Shown here piece after piece: positions 29,985 through 40,067 of a DNA stretch of 64,000 nucleotides. A model generated the notes under the pieces. The model worked only from the letters and a program-made list of their open reading frames with translations, had not been told where the DNA came from and ran no database searches. A program made the position numbers and the translations under genes. The DNA is from an uncultured Gemmatimonadales bacterium. GTDB lineage: Bacteria; Gemmatimonadota; Gemmatimonadetes; Gemmatimonadales; GWC2-71-9. Location of the stretch: the NCBI GenBank assembly GCA_963730185.1, contig CAVSQW010000008.1, positions 416,001 to 480,000 of the forward strand. Direction: 5' to 3'. The first letter of the stretch is position 1; every line of letters starts with the position of its first letter.

Positions 29985-31419
29985 TCGCTTTCTCTCCGTC
30001 ATGAAGCAGCAGGCGGCCGACGGAATCCGTATGGTCTCCGGCCAGCCGATCGCGCTCAAGAAGAACGGGCTGGTCAAGGCCATGACCCGGGACGCCCTGA
30101 GCGAGCAGCAGGTGATTGGCCTCCTCCGCGAGATCGCCCCGCCGCCGATGCTCGACCGGATCGGCGCGGAGCCCGAGCTGGCCTTCACCTACGACGGGCC
30201 CGACGGCGCGGTCGAGGTGCAGGTGGCCCCGGCCAACGGGAGCGTGAGCGCCACCCTCCGGTCGCTCTTCCCCCCGGTCCGCCGCTCGGACGTCGCGGCC
30301 CGTGAGCCGGAGCCCGATTTGACCGGTCCCCGCGAGCGGGTCGAGACCCTGCTCCGCGGCATCGTGGCGAAGGGCGCCAGCGATCTCCACCTTCGCTGTG
30401 GGAGCCCGCCCGTCCTCCGGAAGGATGGAATCCTGGAGCCGCTCGAAGAGGCACCTCTCGGGGCCGAAGAGGTGGAGCTCATGCTCCGGAGCCTGATGTC
30501 GCCCGGCGACTTCGACCGCTGGCGCCGGGAGGGCGACGCCGACTTCGCCCACGAGATGCCGGATGTCGCCCGCTTTCGCGGCAACGCCGGCCGCGATCGA
30601 CTCGGCCCCATCGCCGTGTTCCGGGCCATCCCGGCCACCATCCTGACCGCCGACGAGCTCGGTCTCTCGCCCGAGGTCCAGGCCCTCTGCCAGCTGACCA
30701 AGGGCCTGGTTCTGGTGACCGGGCCGACCGGGTCAGGCAAGTCGACCACCCTGGCCGCCCTCGTCGACCTGGTCAATCAAACTCGGACCGATCACATCGT
30801 CACGATCGAGGACCCGATCGAGTTCGTGCACGCGAGCCGGAACTGCCTGGTGACCCAGCGCCAGGTCGGGCTCCACACCCACGGGTTCAAGTCCGCGCTC
30901 CGGGCCGCCCTCCGCGAGGATCCCGACGTGATCCTGGTCGGCGAGATGCGCGACCTCGAGACGATCGCGATCGCGATCGAGACGGCCGAGACCGGGCATC
31001 TCGTCTTCGGCACGCTGCACACCACCACCGCCGCCTCGACCGTGGACCGGATCATCGACCAGTTCCCCGCCGACCGGCAGAGCCAGATCCGGGTCATGCT
31101 GGCCGAATCGCTCCGGGGCGTGGTGGCGCAAACCCTCTGCCGGCGGAAGGGTGGAGGACGGGTCGCCGCGTACGAGGTCCTGCTCTCGACCCCGGCGCTC
31201 TCGAACCTGATCCGCGAGGGCAAGACCTTCCAGATCCCCTCGATCATGCAGACCAGCCGCCGTCTCGGCATGATGACGCTGAACGACTCCCTTCTCGATC
31301 TCCTCACCCGCGACCTGGTCGAGCCCAAGGAGGCCCTGCTCCGGGCGGTGGACAAGGCCAGCTTCGCCGCCATGCTCAAGGCCAAGGGGCTCGACACCTC
31401 TTTCGTGGCCGACGGGTGA
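29971..31419 (+). CDS. pilT: Type IV pilus retraction ATPase PilT with N-terminal extension
   Basis: ASDLHL, VTGPTGSGKSTT, TIEDPIEF, ALREDPDVILVGEMRD, AETGHLVFGTLHT, NLIREGK. Confidence 0.88.
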   Translation: MPRLDRFLSVMKQQAADGIRMVSGQPIALKKNGLVKAMTRDALSEQQVIGLLREIAPPPMLDRIGAEPELAFTYDGPDGAVEVQVAPANGSVSATLRSLFPPVRRSDVAAREPEPDLTGPRERVETLLRGIVAKGASDLHLRCGSPPVLRKDGILEPLEEAPLGAEEVELMLRSLMSPGDFDRWRREGDADFAHEMPDVARFRGNAGRDRLGPIAVFRAIPATILTADELGLSPEVQALCQLTKGLVLVTGPTGSGKSTTLAALVDLVNQTRTDHIVTIEDPIEFVHASRNCLVTQRQVGLHTHGFKSALRAALREDPDVILVGEMRDLETIAIAIETAETGHLVFGTLHTTTAASTVDRIIDQFPADRQSQIRVMLAESLRGVVAQTLCRRKGGGRVAAYEVLLSTPALSNLIREGKTFQIPSIMQTSRRLGMMTLNDSLLDLLTRDLVEPKEALLRAVDKASFAAMLKAKGLDTSFVADG

Positions 31420-32231
31420 GCGAGCCGCCGATCCTGGTGCTGGTGGAACCCCAGGACATCGTGAACATCGCCAGCGCGGTCCGGATCGCGAAGAACTTCC
31501 GGATTCCCTGGCTCCGCCTGGTCAAACCCGCCATCTTCGATCCCTACCGCATCGAAGGGATTGCCCATTCCACCGCCGACGTCGTGGAGCGGGTCCGGAT
31601 CTTCGACACCCTCGACGACGCCTTGGCCGACTGCGTCTACGCCGTGGCGCTCACCGCCCGGGAGCGGAGCGCCAAGCGCGTCCTGCTCCGGCCCCGGCCG
31701 GCCGCCGCGTTGCTCACCGAGCGGAGCGAGGAGGGGCCGGTGGCCTGCGTGTTCGGCCGGGAAGACAAGGGCCTCACCAACGACGAGCTCGACCGGTGCA
31801 ACGCCCTGGCCAGCATCGCCACCAACCCGGAGCATCGGTCGCTCAACCTGGCGCAGGCCGTGGCCATCATGGGCTACGAGAGCTGGAACGCCAGAGAAGG
31901 GATCGACCGCCCCCGCAAGCCGCCCCGCCGGCGGGCCGCCGCCGCCAGGGGCGAGGACCTGGCCCGGCTGTTCCACGACTGGCACCGGGCCCTCTGGTCG
32001 ATCGACTTCTTCAAGACCCGGAACGCCGAGAACGTCATGCGGGGGCTTCGTGAGGTCTTCTACCGAAGTGATCTGGATGGGCGCGAGGCGCGCCTGCTGC
32101 GGGCCATGGCGCTCGAGACGGTCCATTTTCTCACCCGCCAGGGAGTTGCCGTCGAGCTGCCGCCGGAACTGGCCCGGCCGGGTGGGTCGGGGCTGGGCGG
32201 GCCGGCCGAGGAGGCCGGGAATGCCGACTAG
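31416..32231 (+). CDS. SPOUT RNA methyltransferase, TrmJ/LasT-like
   Basis: LVLVEPQDIVNIASAVR, VFGREDKGLTNDEL, SLNLAQAV. Confidence 0.85.
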   Translation: MSEPPILVLVEPQDIVNIASAVRIAKNFRIPWLRLVKPAIFDPYRIEGIAHSTADVVERVRIFDTLDDALADCVYAVALTARERSAKRVLLRPRPAAALLTERSEEGPVACVFGREDKGLTNDELDRCNALASIATNPEHRSLNLAQAVAIMGYESWNAREGIDRPRKPPRRRAAAARGEDLARLFHDWHRALWSIDFFKTRNAENVMRGLREVFYRSDLDGREARLLRAMALETVHFLTRQGVAVELPPELARPGGSGLGGPAEEAGNAD

Positions 32232-32343
32232 TTTGCTCTGCTTTGCCGGCGGGGGCGCCGCCTTGTCAGAGCGGGGCTCAGCTTTATTATTCCGTCGGCC
32301 GTTGCGCCTTGGCGCGACAGCACTTGCGGTGTTTCTCCCGTTA

Positions 32344-32361
32344 TCGTGAAACATTTCACAT
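32344..32361. promoter_or_regulatory. Rex/CRP-type palindromic operator upstream of actA
   Basis: TCGTGAA-ACAT-TTCACAT matches 12 of 14 positions of the Rex consensus TTGTGAA-N4-TTCACAA and ends 37 bp before the actA ATG. Confidence 0.6.
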
Positions 32362-32398
32362 ATTGCCAGCCACCTCAAGGATTGGCGGGACCCAACGC

Positions 32399-32995
32399 AT
32401 GCGAAAGCTTCTCGCCGTCACGGTTGTGACCCTGGTCGGGGTTGGGGCAGCCGTCCTAATGCTGAGCGGCGCGACTGTGGCAGAGCAGCAGACCTCGACG
32501 GCCGTCCCCGACTCGGTGGCGGCGACCAAGCTGACGGTCGCCGACTCGGGCTCGCTCAAGGGGCCGCGCCAGCCGATCTTCTTCCGGCACGACATTCACG
32601 CCGGCCAGTACAAGATCCAGTGCCAGTACTGTCACTACTCGGTCGAGTACACGACCGAGCCGGGCATCCCGTCGATGCAGACCTGCATGGGATGCCATCT
32701 CGCCGTGGGGAGCGCCGACAGCGCCAACCTCACCGAGATCCGGAAGCTCCGGAAGGCATGGACGGCGAAGGAGCCGGTGCAGTGGACCCGGGTGCACACC
32801 CTGGCCAAGCACGTCCACTTCCCGCACATGCGTCACATCAAGGTGCTTGGCCCCAATGCGTGCCAGACCTGCCACGGCGACGTGGCCCGGATGCCGCAGG
32901 TCTTCAAGGTGAACAACATCAACAACATGGGCTTCTGCATCTCGTGTCACCTGGAGCGGAAGGTCAACCGGGACTGCACGGCATGCCATTACTGA
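32399..32995 (+). CDS. actA: Alternative complex III pentaheme cytochrome c
   Basis: N-terminal TM; QPIFFRHDIHAG; five CxxCH motifs (CQYCH, CMGCH, CQTCH, CISCH, CTACH). Confidence 0.88.
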   Translation: MRKLLAVTVVTLVGVGAAVLMLSGATVAEQQTSTAVPDSVAATKLTVADSGSLKGPRQPIFFRHDIHAGQYKIQCQYCHYSVEYTTEPGIPSMQTCMGCHLAVGSADSANLTEIRKLRKAWTAKEPVQWTRVHTLAKHVHFPHMRHIKVLGPNACQTCHGDVARMPQVFKVNNINNMGFCISCHLERKVNRDCTACHY

Positions 32996-33080
32996 CGGTG
33001 ACCGGCGCCGGCGCGACGGACGCGAGCGTCGACCCGCGCCCTCCCCTCACCGACCACGTCACGGAGCAGGGACACCACTC

Positions 33081-36074
33081 ATGAGTGACGATCCAACGCG
33101 CGTCGACCGTCGCCGCTTCCTCAAGGTCCTCGGGGTTTCCGGGGCCGGGGCGGCGGCGCTCTCCGGCTGCTCGACGGACAAGGTTCAAAAGCTGATTCCC
33201 TACCTGGTGCAGTCGGAGGACCAGGTCCCCGGGATTCCGACCTACTACGCCTCGACCTGTACCGAGTGCGCCACCGGCTGCGGGCTTCACGTGAAGACCC
33301 GCGAGGGCCGGGCCATCAAGCTCGAGGGCAACCCCGAGCATCCGGTCAACGCGGGCACGATGTGCGCCCGGGGCGAGGCGTCGCTCCAGGGACTCTACAA
33401 CCCGGATCGCCTCCGCTTCCCGATGGCCCGGAATGCCGCCGGCGAGATGGCCGAGATCCTCTGGGACGAAGGGATCGATCGCTTAGCCGCCGCGATCAAG
33501 GCCGCACCCGGACGCGTGGCGGTGGTGAGCGGGGCGGGGCGGGGCAGCTTCGACGACCTCCTCGGACAGTTCGTCCAAGCCGCCGGCGGCCGTCTGGTCC
33601 GCTACGAGGCCTTCGATCACGAGGCGATCCGGGCGGCCAACCAGCGGGTGTTCGGCACCGGTGAGTTGCCGGCGCACGACTTCACCAAGGCCCGCTACAT
33701 CCTGTCGTTCGGGGCCGACTTCCTCGAGACCTGGCTCGCCCCGATCGAGAATCAGCGGGGCTTCGCCCAGTCGCACGGCTTCGATGGCTCGATGGCCAAG
33801 AGTGTCTACGTCGGCCCTCGGATGTCGCTGACCGGCATGAACGCCGACGAGTGGATCAGCCCGAAGCCGGGCTCGGAGGCGTCGCTGGCGCTCGGGTTGG
33901 CCAACGCCGTCGCCAATACCCGCTCCTCGCTGCCGCCTGATGCCGGCATGCTGCGCCCGATGCTCGCGGCCTACACGGTCGACCGGGTGGCCGCCGACAC
34001 CGGCCTGACTCCGGAGCGGGTCCGGCGCCTGTTCGACGAGTTCGCGACGGTCGAGCCGACCCTCGCGGTCGCGGGTGGCCTGGCCGGTCAGCACCGCCAG
34101 GCGATCGAGCTCTGCGCCGCGGTCAACATCCTGAACTACGTGGCCGGCAACGTCGGCCAGACAGTGCTCTTCGGCCCGGCCCTGGCCGGCGGCGACGGCT
34201 ACGGCGCCATGCTCGATCTCCAGCGCGCCCTGGCCGCCGGCGAGATCGACGTGCTCATCGTCCACGAAGCCAACCCGGTCTTCAGCCTGCCGGCGAGCAG
34301 CGGCTTCAAGGATGCGATGGGCAAGGTCAAGCTCGCCGTCTCGACCTCGCTCTTCCTGGACGAGACGGCCGCCGCCTCGAGCCTCCTCCTGCCTAACCTC
34401 CACTCGCTCGAGCGCTGGGACGACGCCCGCCCGCGGGCCGGCGTGCACGGCCTGATGCAGCCGGTCATGGAGCCGGTCTTCAAGAACATGGCGACCGGTG
34501 ACCTGCTGCTCGCCGTGGCCAAGAAAGCCGGCCTGGGCGGGCTCGACGCGGCCTCCTACGAAGCCCACCTCAAGTCGGTCTGGGCGGCGTTCGCCCGGTC
34601 CCGCGGGGTGAGCGATACGATCGGCTTCTGGCGGCAGGCCCTGATGAAGGGCGGCGTCTACGACGCGGTGCCGGCCCAGCCGGTCCGGCTCGCCTCGGGG
34701 GCGGCCACCGTCGACGCCTCGGCCCCGAGCCTCGATGGCGACGGCGAGTTCGTGTTCGTCCCCGCCGCCACCTCGATGTACTACGACGGCCGAGGCGCCA
34801 ATCGTCCTTGGCTGCTCGAGAATCCCGACCCGGTCACCAAGATCACCTGGGGCTCCTGGGTCGAGGTCCATCCCGAGACCGCCGCCCGGCTCGACGTCCG
34901 GGAGGGCGAGATCGTCCGGGTCACGTCGCCTCACGGGGCCTTCGAGGCTCCGGTCTACGTCTACCCCGGGCTCCGGCCCGACGTGGTGTCGGCCCCGCTC
35001 GGCCTCGGCCACACCGAATACGGCCAGTGGGCCAAGGGACGGGGCGCCAACGCCCTCGACGTCCTCGGCGCCGCCGACGGCAACGGCTTCCTGCCCTACG
35101 TCGCCACCAAGGTGCAGGTCACCAAGACCGGCGGCTACAAGAAGCTGGCCAAGACCGAGGGCAACACCCGTGAGCTCGGCCGCCACATCACCGAGACCAT
35201 GAGCGTTGCCGCGGCGACCAAGGGCCTCACCGTCGAGCAGGCCTATCGCGAAGCGGGCGGCGAGATCCACGAGCTCAACACCGAGAAGGAGCTCGAAGCG
35301 CTCCACGGCTTCCGCGAGTCGCAGCTCGAAGGCCGGAAGCTCGGGGCCTATGCCCAAGACTTTCCCCAGTGGGGCCTGGTCGTCGATCTGGCTCGCTGCA
35401 CCGGGTGCTCGGCCTGCGTCACCGCGTGCTACGCCGAGAACAACATCCCCTGGGTGGGTGAGGCCGACGTTCTGAAGGGCCGCGAGCTCAGCTGGATGCG
35501 GGTCGAGCGGTACTTCCACGGCGGCGAGGGCGACGAGCCGTTCTCGGCTCGCGTCATTCCGGTCATGTGCCAGCAGTGCGACAACGCGCCCTGCGAACCG
35601 GTCTGCCCGGTCTACGCCGCCTATCACACCGCCGACGGCCTGAACGGCCAGGTCTACAATCGGTGCGTGGGCACCCGGTACTGCGCCAACAACTGCCCCT
35701 ACAAGGTCCGCTACTTCAACTGGTATCCCTTCGCCCGACGGGCGTTCCAGGAGCCGCTGAACCTGCAGCTCAACCCGGACGTCACGGTCCGAGCCCGCGG
35801 GATCATGGAGAAGTGCACTTTCTGTATCCAGCGGATCCGCGGGGCGCAGAACACCGCCCGCCTCGAGGATCGGCCGCTCCAGGACGGCGACGTCATCACG
35901 GCCTGTGCCCAGGCCTGTCCGTCGGGGGCGATCACCTTCGGCAACGTCAAGGACCCGACCAGTCGGGTGAACAAGGCGATGAAGAACCACCGAGGCTATC
36001 ACGTGCTCGAGGAGATCAACGTGCGACCGGCGGTGACGTATCTCGCCAAGGTCCTCGACCGGACGGAGGCCTGA
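33081..36074 (+). CDS. actB: Alternative complex III subunit B (molybdopterin-oxidoreductase-like domain fused to Fe-S domain)
   Basis: Tat motif RRRFLK and lipobox LSGC; REGRAIKLEGNPEHP, PDPVTKITW; Fe-S motifs CTGCSACVTAC, CQQCDNAPCEPVCP, CVGTRYCANNCP, CTFC..CAQACP. Confidence 0.9.
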   Translation: MSDDPTRVDRRRFLKVLGVSGAGAAALSGCSTDKVQKLIPYLVQSEDQVPGIPTYYASTCTECATGCGLHVKTREGRAIKLEGNPEHPVNAGTMCARGEASLQGLYNPDRLRFPMARNAAGEMAEILWDEGIDRLAAAIKAAPGRVAVVSGAGRGSFDDLLGQFVQAAGGRLVRYEAFDHEAIRAANQRVFGTGELPAHDFTKARYILSFGADFLETWLAPIENQRGFAQSHGFDGSMAKSVYVGPRMSLTGMNADEWISPKPGSEASLALGLANAVANTRSSLPPDAGMLRPMLAAYTVDRVAADTGLTPERVRRLFDEFATVEPTLAVAGGLAGQHRQAIELCAAVNILNYVAGNVGQTVLFGPALAGGDGYGAMLDLQRALAAGEIDVLIVHEANPVFSLPASSGFKDAMGKVKLAVSTSLFLDETAAASSLLLPNLHSLERWDDARPRAGVHGLMQPVMEPVFKNMATGDLLLAVAKKAGLGGLDAASYEAHLKSVWAAFARSRGVSDTIGFWRQALMKGGVYDAVPAQPVRLASGAATVDASAPSLDGDGEFVFVPAATSMYYDGRGANRPWLLENPDPVTKITWGSWVEVHPETAARLDVREGEIVRVTSPHGAFEAPVYVYPGLRPDVVSAPLGLGHTEYGQWAKGRGANALDVLGAADGNGFLPYVATKVQVTKTGGYKKLAKTEGNTRELGRHITETMSVAAATKGLTVEQAYREAGGEIHELNTEKELEALHGFRESQLEGRKLGAYAQDFPQWGLVVDLARCTGCSACVTACYAENNIPWVGEADVLKGRELSWMRVERYFHGGEGDEPFSARVIPVMCQQCDNAPCEPVCPVYAAYHTADGLNGQVYNRCVGTRYCANNCPYKVRYFNWYPFARRAFQEPLNLQLNPDVTVRARGIMEKCTFCIQRIRGAQNTARLEDRPLQDGDVITACAQACPSGAITFGNVKDPTSRVNKAMKNHRGYHVLEEINVRPAVTYLAKVLDRTEA

Positions 36075-36077
36075 GCC

Positions 36078-37427
36078 ATGACCGCCATTGCCCAGGATCC
36101 GGCCCGCCCCAATCTGACCCACGCCGAGGTCACCCGGGACGTCGTCGCAACGCTCCAGACCCCGAGCCGCGGCTACTACCTGGCTCTCGCCACCGCGATC
36201 GGGATGCTCCTCGTCGGCGCGGTGACCTTCGTCCTGCTGCTCAAGGACGGCTTGGGGCTCGCCGGCTACAACCCGCCGGTCTTCTGGTCGGTGTACATCA
36301 CCAACTTCGTCTTCTGGGTCGGCATCGGTCACGCCGGCACATTGATCTCGGCGATCCTCTATCTTTTCCGATCGCCCTGGCGAACGGCGGTGTACCGGTC
36401 GACGGAGGCCATGACGGTCTTCGCGGTCATGACGGCCGGCCTCTTCCCGATCATCCACATCGGGCGCCAGTGGATCTTCTACTGGCTGCTGCCCTATCCC
36501 AACCAGCGGTTCCTCTGGCCCAACTTCAAGTCGCCCCTGATCTGGGACGTCTTCGCCATCGGGACCTACCTCACCGTCTCGACCACGTTCCTCTGTGTCG
36601 GGTTGGTGCCCGACATCGCGGCGGTCCGTGACAAGGTCTCTGGATGGCGGCGGAAGCTCTACGGCGCCCTCTCGATCGGCTGGACCGGCGCCGACAGCCA
36701 GTGGCGCCACTATACCCGCGGCTACCTCTACCTGGCCGCGCTGGCCACGCCCCTGGTGCTCTCGGTCCACTCGGTGGTGTCCTGGGATTTCGCCATGGGG
36801 CTCGTGCCCGGCTGGCACGGGACCATCTTCGCGCCCTACTTCGTGGCCGGCGCGATCTACTCGGGCATCGGGATGGTGCTCACCCTGATCATCCCGCTCC
36901 GGAAGGTGCTCAAGATCGAGCACCTCCTGACTGACTACCACTTCGACAATCTGGCCAAGCTGACGCTGCTCACCGGATCGATCTTGTTCTACTCCTACGG
37001 GATGGAATACTTCGTCTCCTGGTACAGCGGGAACACCTTCGAGCAAACCGCCTTCTTCCGCCGGGCGTTCGGTCCGCAGTGGTGGGGCGGCTGGTCGATG
37101 ATCATCTGCAACGCGTTCGTGTCCCAGCTGCTCTGGTTCAAGAAGATCCGGACCAATCTCACGTCGCTCTTCGTGATCTCGATCTTCATCAACATCGGGA
37201 TGTGGTTCGAGCGCTACGTGATCATCACCTCGTCGCTGTCCAACGATTTCGTACCGTACGCCTGGGGTCAGTTGAATCCGACCTGGGCCGACTGGGGCAT
37301 TCTGATCGGGTCGTTCGGGTGGTTCGGGATGTACTTCCTGATGTTCGCCCGGACCTTCCCCGTGGTGGCGATCCAGGAGATCAAGGAGATGATTCCGATG
37401 CCGCGCCGCAGGAAGGGGGCGCACTGA
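36078..37427 (+). CDS. actC: Alternative complex III quinol-oxidising membrane subunit (NrfD-like)
   Basis: NFVFWVGIGHAGTLISAIL, PNFKSPLIWD, LVLSVHSVVSWDFA, PGWHGTIFAPYFVAGAI, GMWFERY. Confidence 0.92.
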   Translation: MTAIAQDPARPNLTHAEVTRDVVATLQTPSRGYYLALATAIGMLLVGAVTFVLLLKDGLGLAGYNPPVFWSVYITNFVFWVGIGHAGTLISAILYLFRSPWRTAVYRSTEAMTVFAVMTAGLFPIIHIGRQWIFYWLLPYPNQRFLWPNFKSPLIWDVFAIGTYLTVSTTFLCVGLVPDIAAVRDKVSGWRRKLYGALSIGWTGADSQWRHYTRGYLYLAALATPLVLSVHSVVSWDFAMGLVPGWHGTIFAPYFVAGAIYSGIGMVLTLIIPLRKVLKIEHLLTDYHFDNLAKLTLLTGSILFYSYGMEYFVSWYSGNTFEQTAFFRRAFGPQWWGGWSMIICNAFVSQLLWFKKIRTNLTSLFVISIFINIGMWFERYVIITSSLSNDFVPYAWGQLNPTWADWGILIGSFGWFGMYFLMFARTFPVVAIQEIKEMIPMPRRRKGAH

Positions 37428-37939
37428 TGGCCAAATCCGAAACCGGCGTGCTCGCGTCCTTCGTCTACGAGGACTCGGCCGTCGAAGCGATCAAGGGACT
37501 CAAGTCCAAGGGGTTCCGCGATCTGACGGTCTACTCGGCCGCGCCGAATCACCATCTCGAGGAGGCGCTCGACCAGCCGATCAGCTGGGTCCGTGCCTTC
37601 ACCCTGGTCGGTGGCCTGACTGGCTGCAGCGCCGGCTTTGGGATGACGATCTGGATGTCCCGCGACTGGCCCCTCTTGGTCGGCGGTAAGGCCATCGCGG
37701 CCATCCCGCCCTACGTGGTGCTCGCCTTCGAGCTCACGATTCTCTATGGTGCCATGTTCACGGTGCTCGGCATCGTCGTCCTCTCGGCACTCAAATCACT
37801 CAGGGGCCGACCCTTCCGGCCGTCCTTCAGCGACGACCAGATCGGAATCTTCGTGCCCTGCCGGCTCGATCAGCGCGCCGACGTTCACCGGTTCCTGGAG
37901 CAGGTGGGCTCGGAGGAGGTGTCGGACCATGGCGCGTAA
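37427..37939 (+). CDS. actD: Alternative complex III subunit D (DUF3341)
   Basis: ATG 37427 overlaps the actC stop; GGLTG, DWPLLVGGK, FELTIL, PSFSDDQ. Confidence 0.82.
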   Translation: MAKSETGVLASFVYEDSAVEAIKGLKSKGFRDLTVYSAAPNHHLEEALDQPISWVRAFTLVGGLTGCSAGFGMTIWMSRDWPLLVGGKAIAAIPPYVVLAFELTILYGAMFTVLGIVVLSALKSLRGRPFRPSFSDDQIGIFVPCRLDQRADVHRFLEQVGSEEVSDHGA

Positions 37940-38525
37940 GCCTTCCCGCTGGCTCGCCGGGCTGGCCTTGCTGTCATTGGCCGGCTGTAACTGGTACTAC
38001 AACACCCTCCCGTCGCCGGACGATCTGATGAAGCTCGTCCCGTGGTTCGACTTCATGGTCACCTCGCCCCGGGTCTCACCCTACCAGAGTGACTCGGTGC
38101 CCCGGAACACGGTGCCGGGCACCGTGCCGATCACCGGGGGCGAGCCGGATTGGGGCACCGGAAACGTGTCGATGCTGGTCTATGCCTTCGACACGCTGGC
38201 GGCCAATGCCCTCACCAACCCGCTGCCGCCGGGTCGCCTGGCCGCTCGGGGAGATACCGTTTTCCATACCTTCTGCTCGGCCTGTCACGGCAACACCGGC
38301 GCCGGTGACGGCTTGGTCGGCAAGCGGATGGGGGCACTGTCGCTCCTCACCGACAAGGCCAAGGCCTACAGCGATGGCTATCTCTACAGCATCATCCGCT
38401 ACGGACGGGGCGTCATGCCGCGGTATGGGGACAAGATCTTCCGCTTCGACGAGCGCTGGGCGGTCGTGAACTACGTCCGCAAGCTGCAGGGGCGCGCGCC
38501 GGCGTCCCAGGGAGCGGCCCAATGA
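37929..38525 (+). CDS. actE: Alternative complex III monoheme cytochrome c lipoprotein
   Basis: ATG 37929; lipobox LAGC; CSACH; GRGVMPRY; ERWAVVNYVRKLQ. Confidence 0.85.
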   Translation: MARKPSRWLAGLALLSLAGCNWYYNTLPSPDDLMKLVPWFDFMVTSPRVSPYQSDSVPRNTVPGTVPITGGEPDWGTGNVSMLVYAFDTLAANALTNPLPPGRLAARGDTVFHTFCSACHGNTGAGDGLVGKRMGALSLLTDKAKAYSDGYLYSIIRYGRGVMPRYGDKIFRFDERWAVVNYVRKLQGRAPASQGAAQ

Positions 38526-39869
38526 GCACCGCCGAACTTCGCCAGCGCCTCATCGCCCGCGGCAACGCCGGGAGCTACAACCTGTTCTTCTCGCTGGGTG
38601 TGGTCCTGGCGGTGGTCGGGGCCGCGCTCTTCGGGTGGGCCCTGATGGGCGGGGAGCATGCCGATCGGGCCTGGCAGCTGTTCCACGTCAATTGGCTCTT
38701 CTTCACCAGTCTCTCGGGCGGCAGTCTCGCGCTCGTGGCGGTCCACAAGCTGGCCAACGCCAAATGGTCCGGGGTGATCATTCGGCTGGCGGCGGCCAAC
38801 CTGTTCTTCACCGTGGTCTCCGTCCTCGGCTTGGTGGCCATCTTCACCGTTGGCTACCAGCCGATCTTCGGACCCATGCACGAGCAGCTCCATACCCTGT
38901 CGCCGGGCAAGGCCCTCTGGCTCAGCCACGGCTTCATGTTCGGTCGGCTGCTGGTCGGCCTGCTGGTGCTCTACGGGATCGGCTGGGCGCTGATCCGGGC
39001 CGACATGGTGCCCGACATGCACCTGGCGCTCGGTTCGGTCGGGGACGACCGGCGGGCTCGGTACGAGCAGCTGACCCGGGGGTTCGACGGCTCGGACGCC
39101 GCCCGGGCGGCGCAACACGCCAAGATCAACCGGCTGGCCGGCTTCTTCATCCCGGTCTACGCGTTGGTTTTCACCATGGTCGCCTTCGACGGCATCATGG
39201 CGCTCCAGCCGCACTGGTACTCGAATCTGCTGGGCGGTTTCTTCTTCATGGGCGCGTTCCTTGGCGCCCACATGCTCCTGGTGCTCCTGATGATCTACGG
39301 GCGCCGCCATCTCGGGATCGCCGATCTGGTGAGCTCCAAGCAGCGCCACGACCTCGGCAAGCTCTGCTTCGGCTTCACGGTCTTCTGGGCCTATCTGATG
39401 TGGTCGCAGTTCCTGGTGATCTGGTACGGGAACATGCCCGAGGAGACCGGCTTCGTCTTCGCGCGGCTCTGGGGGCCATGGATGCCGATCGGCCGGTGGG
39501 TGTTGCTCGGCATGTTCGTCATTCCCTTCTGGGGTCTCTTGTTCGTGGTCGCCAAGAAGACGCCGCTTACTCTGGGACTCTTTGCGACGGTGAGCCTGGT
39601 GTCGCTCTGGATCGAGCGGTACCTCCTGGTGCTGCCGACCGTGACGCCGATGCCGGGCCCGGTGTTCGGTCTGCCCGAGCTGGGACCGACCCTGCTCCTG
39701 GGCGGGCTCTTCCTGGCCTGCTACGCCCTCTTTGCCCGGCGGTATCCGATGATCTCGCCCCAGGCTGGCGGAGATCACCCTGGCGAAGGAAATGAGCCAC
39801 GGCGAAGGCGACCTCGAGCACGAGGAGCGCGCCGGCGACTATGCTCACCCGAAGGAGCTGGAGGCGTGA
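38522..39869 (+). CDS. actF: Alternative complex III subunit F; apparent 1-bp insertion near 39760
   Basis: Multi-TM; FDGIMALQPHWYSNL, HDLGKLCFGF, WAYLMWSQFLVIWYGNMPEET. Removing one C from the C run at about 39760 gives SPRLAEITL...PKELEA-TGA at 39869. Confidence 0.85.
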
Positions 39870-39874
39870 AGGTA

Positions 39875-40045
39875 GTGACTGGTGATTCGTGACTGGTGAC
39901 TAGGGGGTGAGTGGGCGGTAGGGAGTAAGGGGCGGAGGGGGTAGAGGCAACGACCAGGGGGTGGTGAATCGGAAGATCCGACTCACCACCCCCTATTCAC
40001 GACTCCCCACTCCCTCCCTAGTCACGACTCCCCACTCACTAATCT
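39875..40045. repeat. Heptamer-based intergenic inverted-repeat element, copy 3, with central 18-bp hairpin
   Basis: TGACTGG TGATTCG TGACTGG TGACTAG..., then core AGGGGGTGGTGAATCGGA-AGA-TCCGACTCACCACCCCCT (39956-39994, one mismatch), then CGACTCC CCACTCC ... CTAGTCA CGACTCC CCACTCA. Confidence 0.82.
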
Positions 40046-40067
40046 CTATTATCCCGAGAGGCCCGGC

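Noticed and set aside
33483..37424. Very long antisense or alternative-frame ORFs (e.g. 1313 aa here; also 48713..51211, 51332..53650, 20193..22322)
   Set aside because: They shadow well-supported genes, have no motifs, and are expected from stop-codon scarcity in high-GC DNA.
33081..37427. Annotation as polysulfide, tetrathionate or nitrite reductase (Psr/Ttr/Nrf)
   Set aside because: The order pentaheme-B-C-DUF3341-monoheme-F and the ActC/ActF motifs match alternative complex III.
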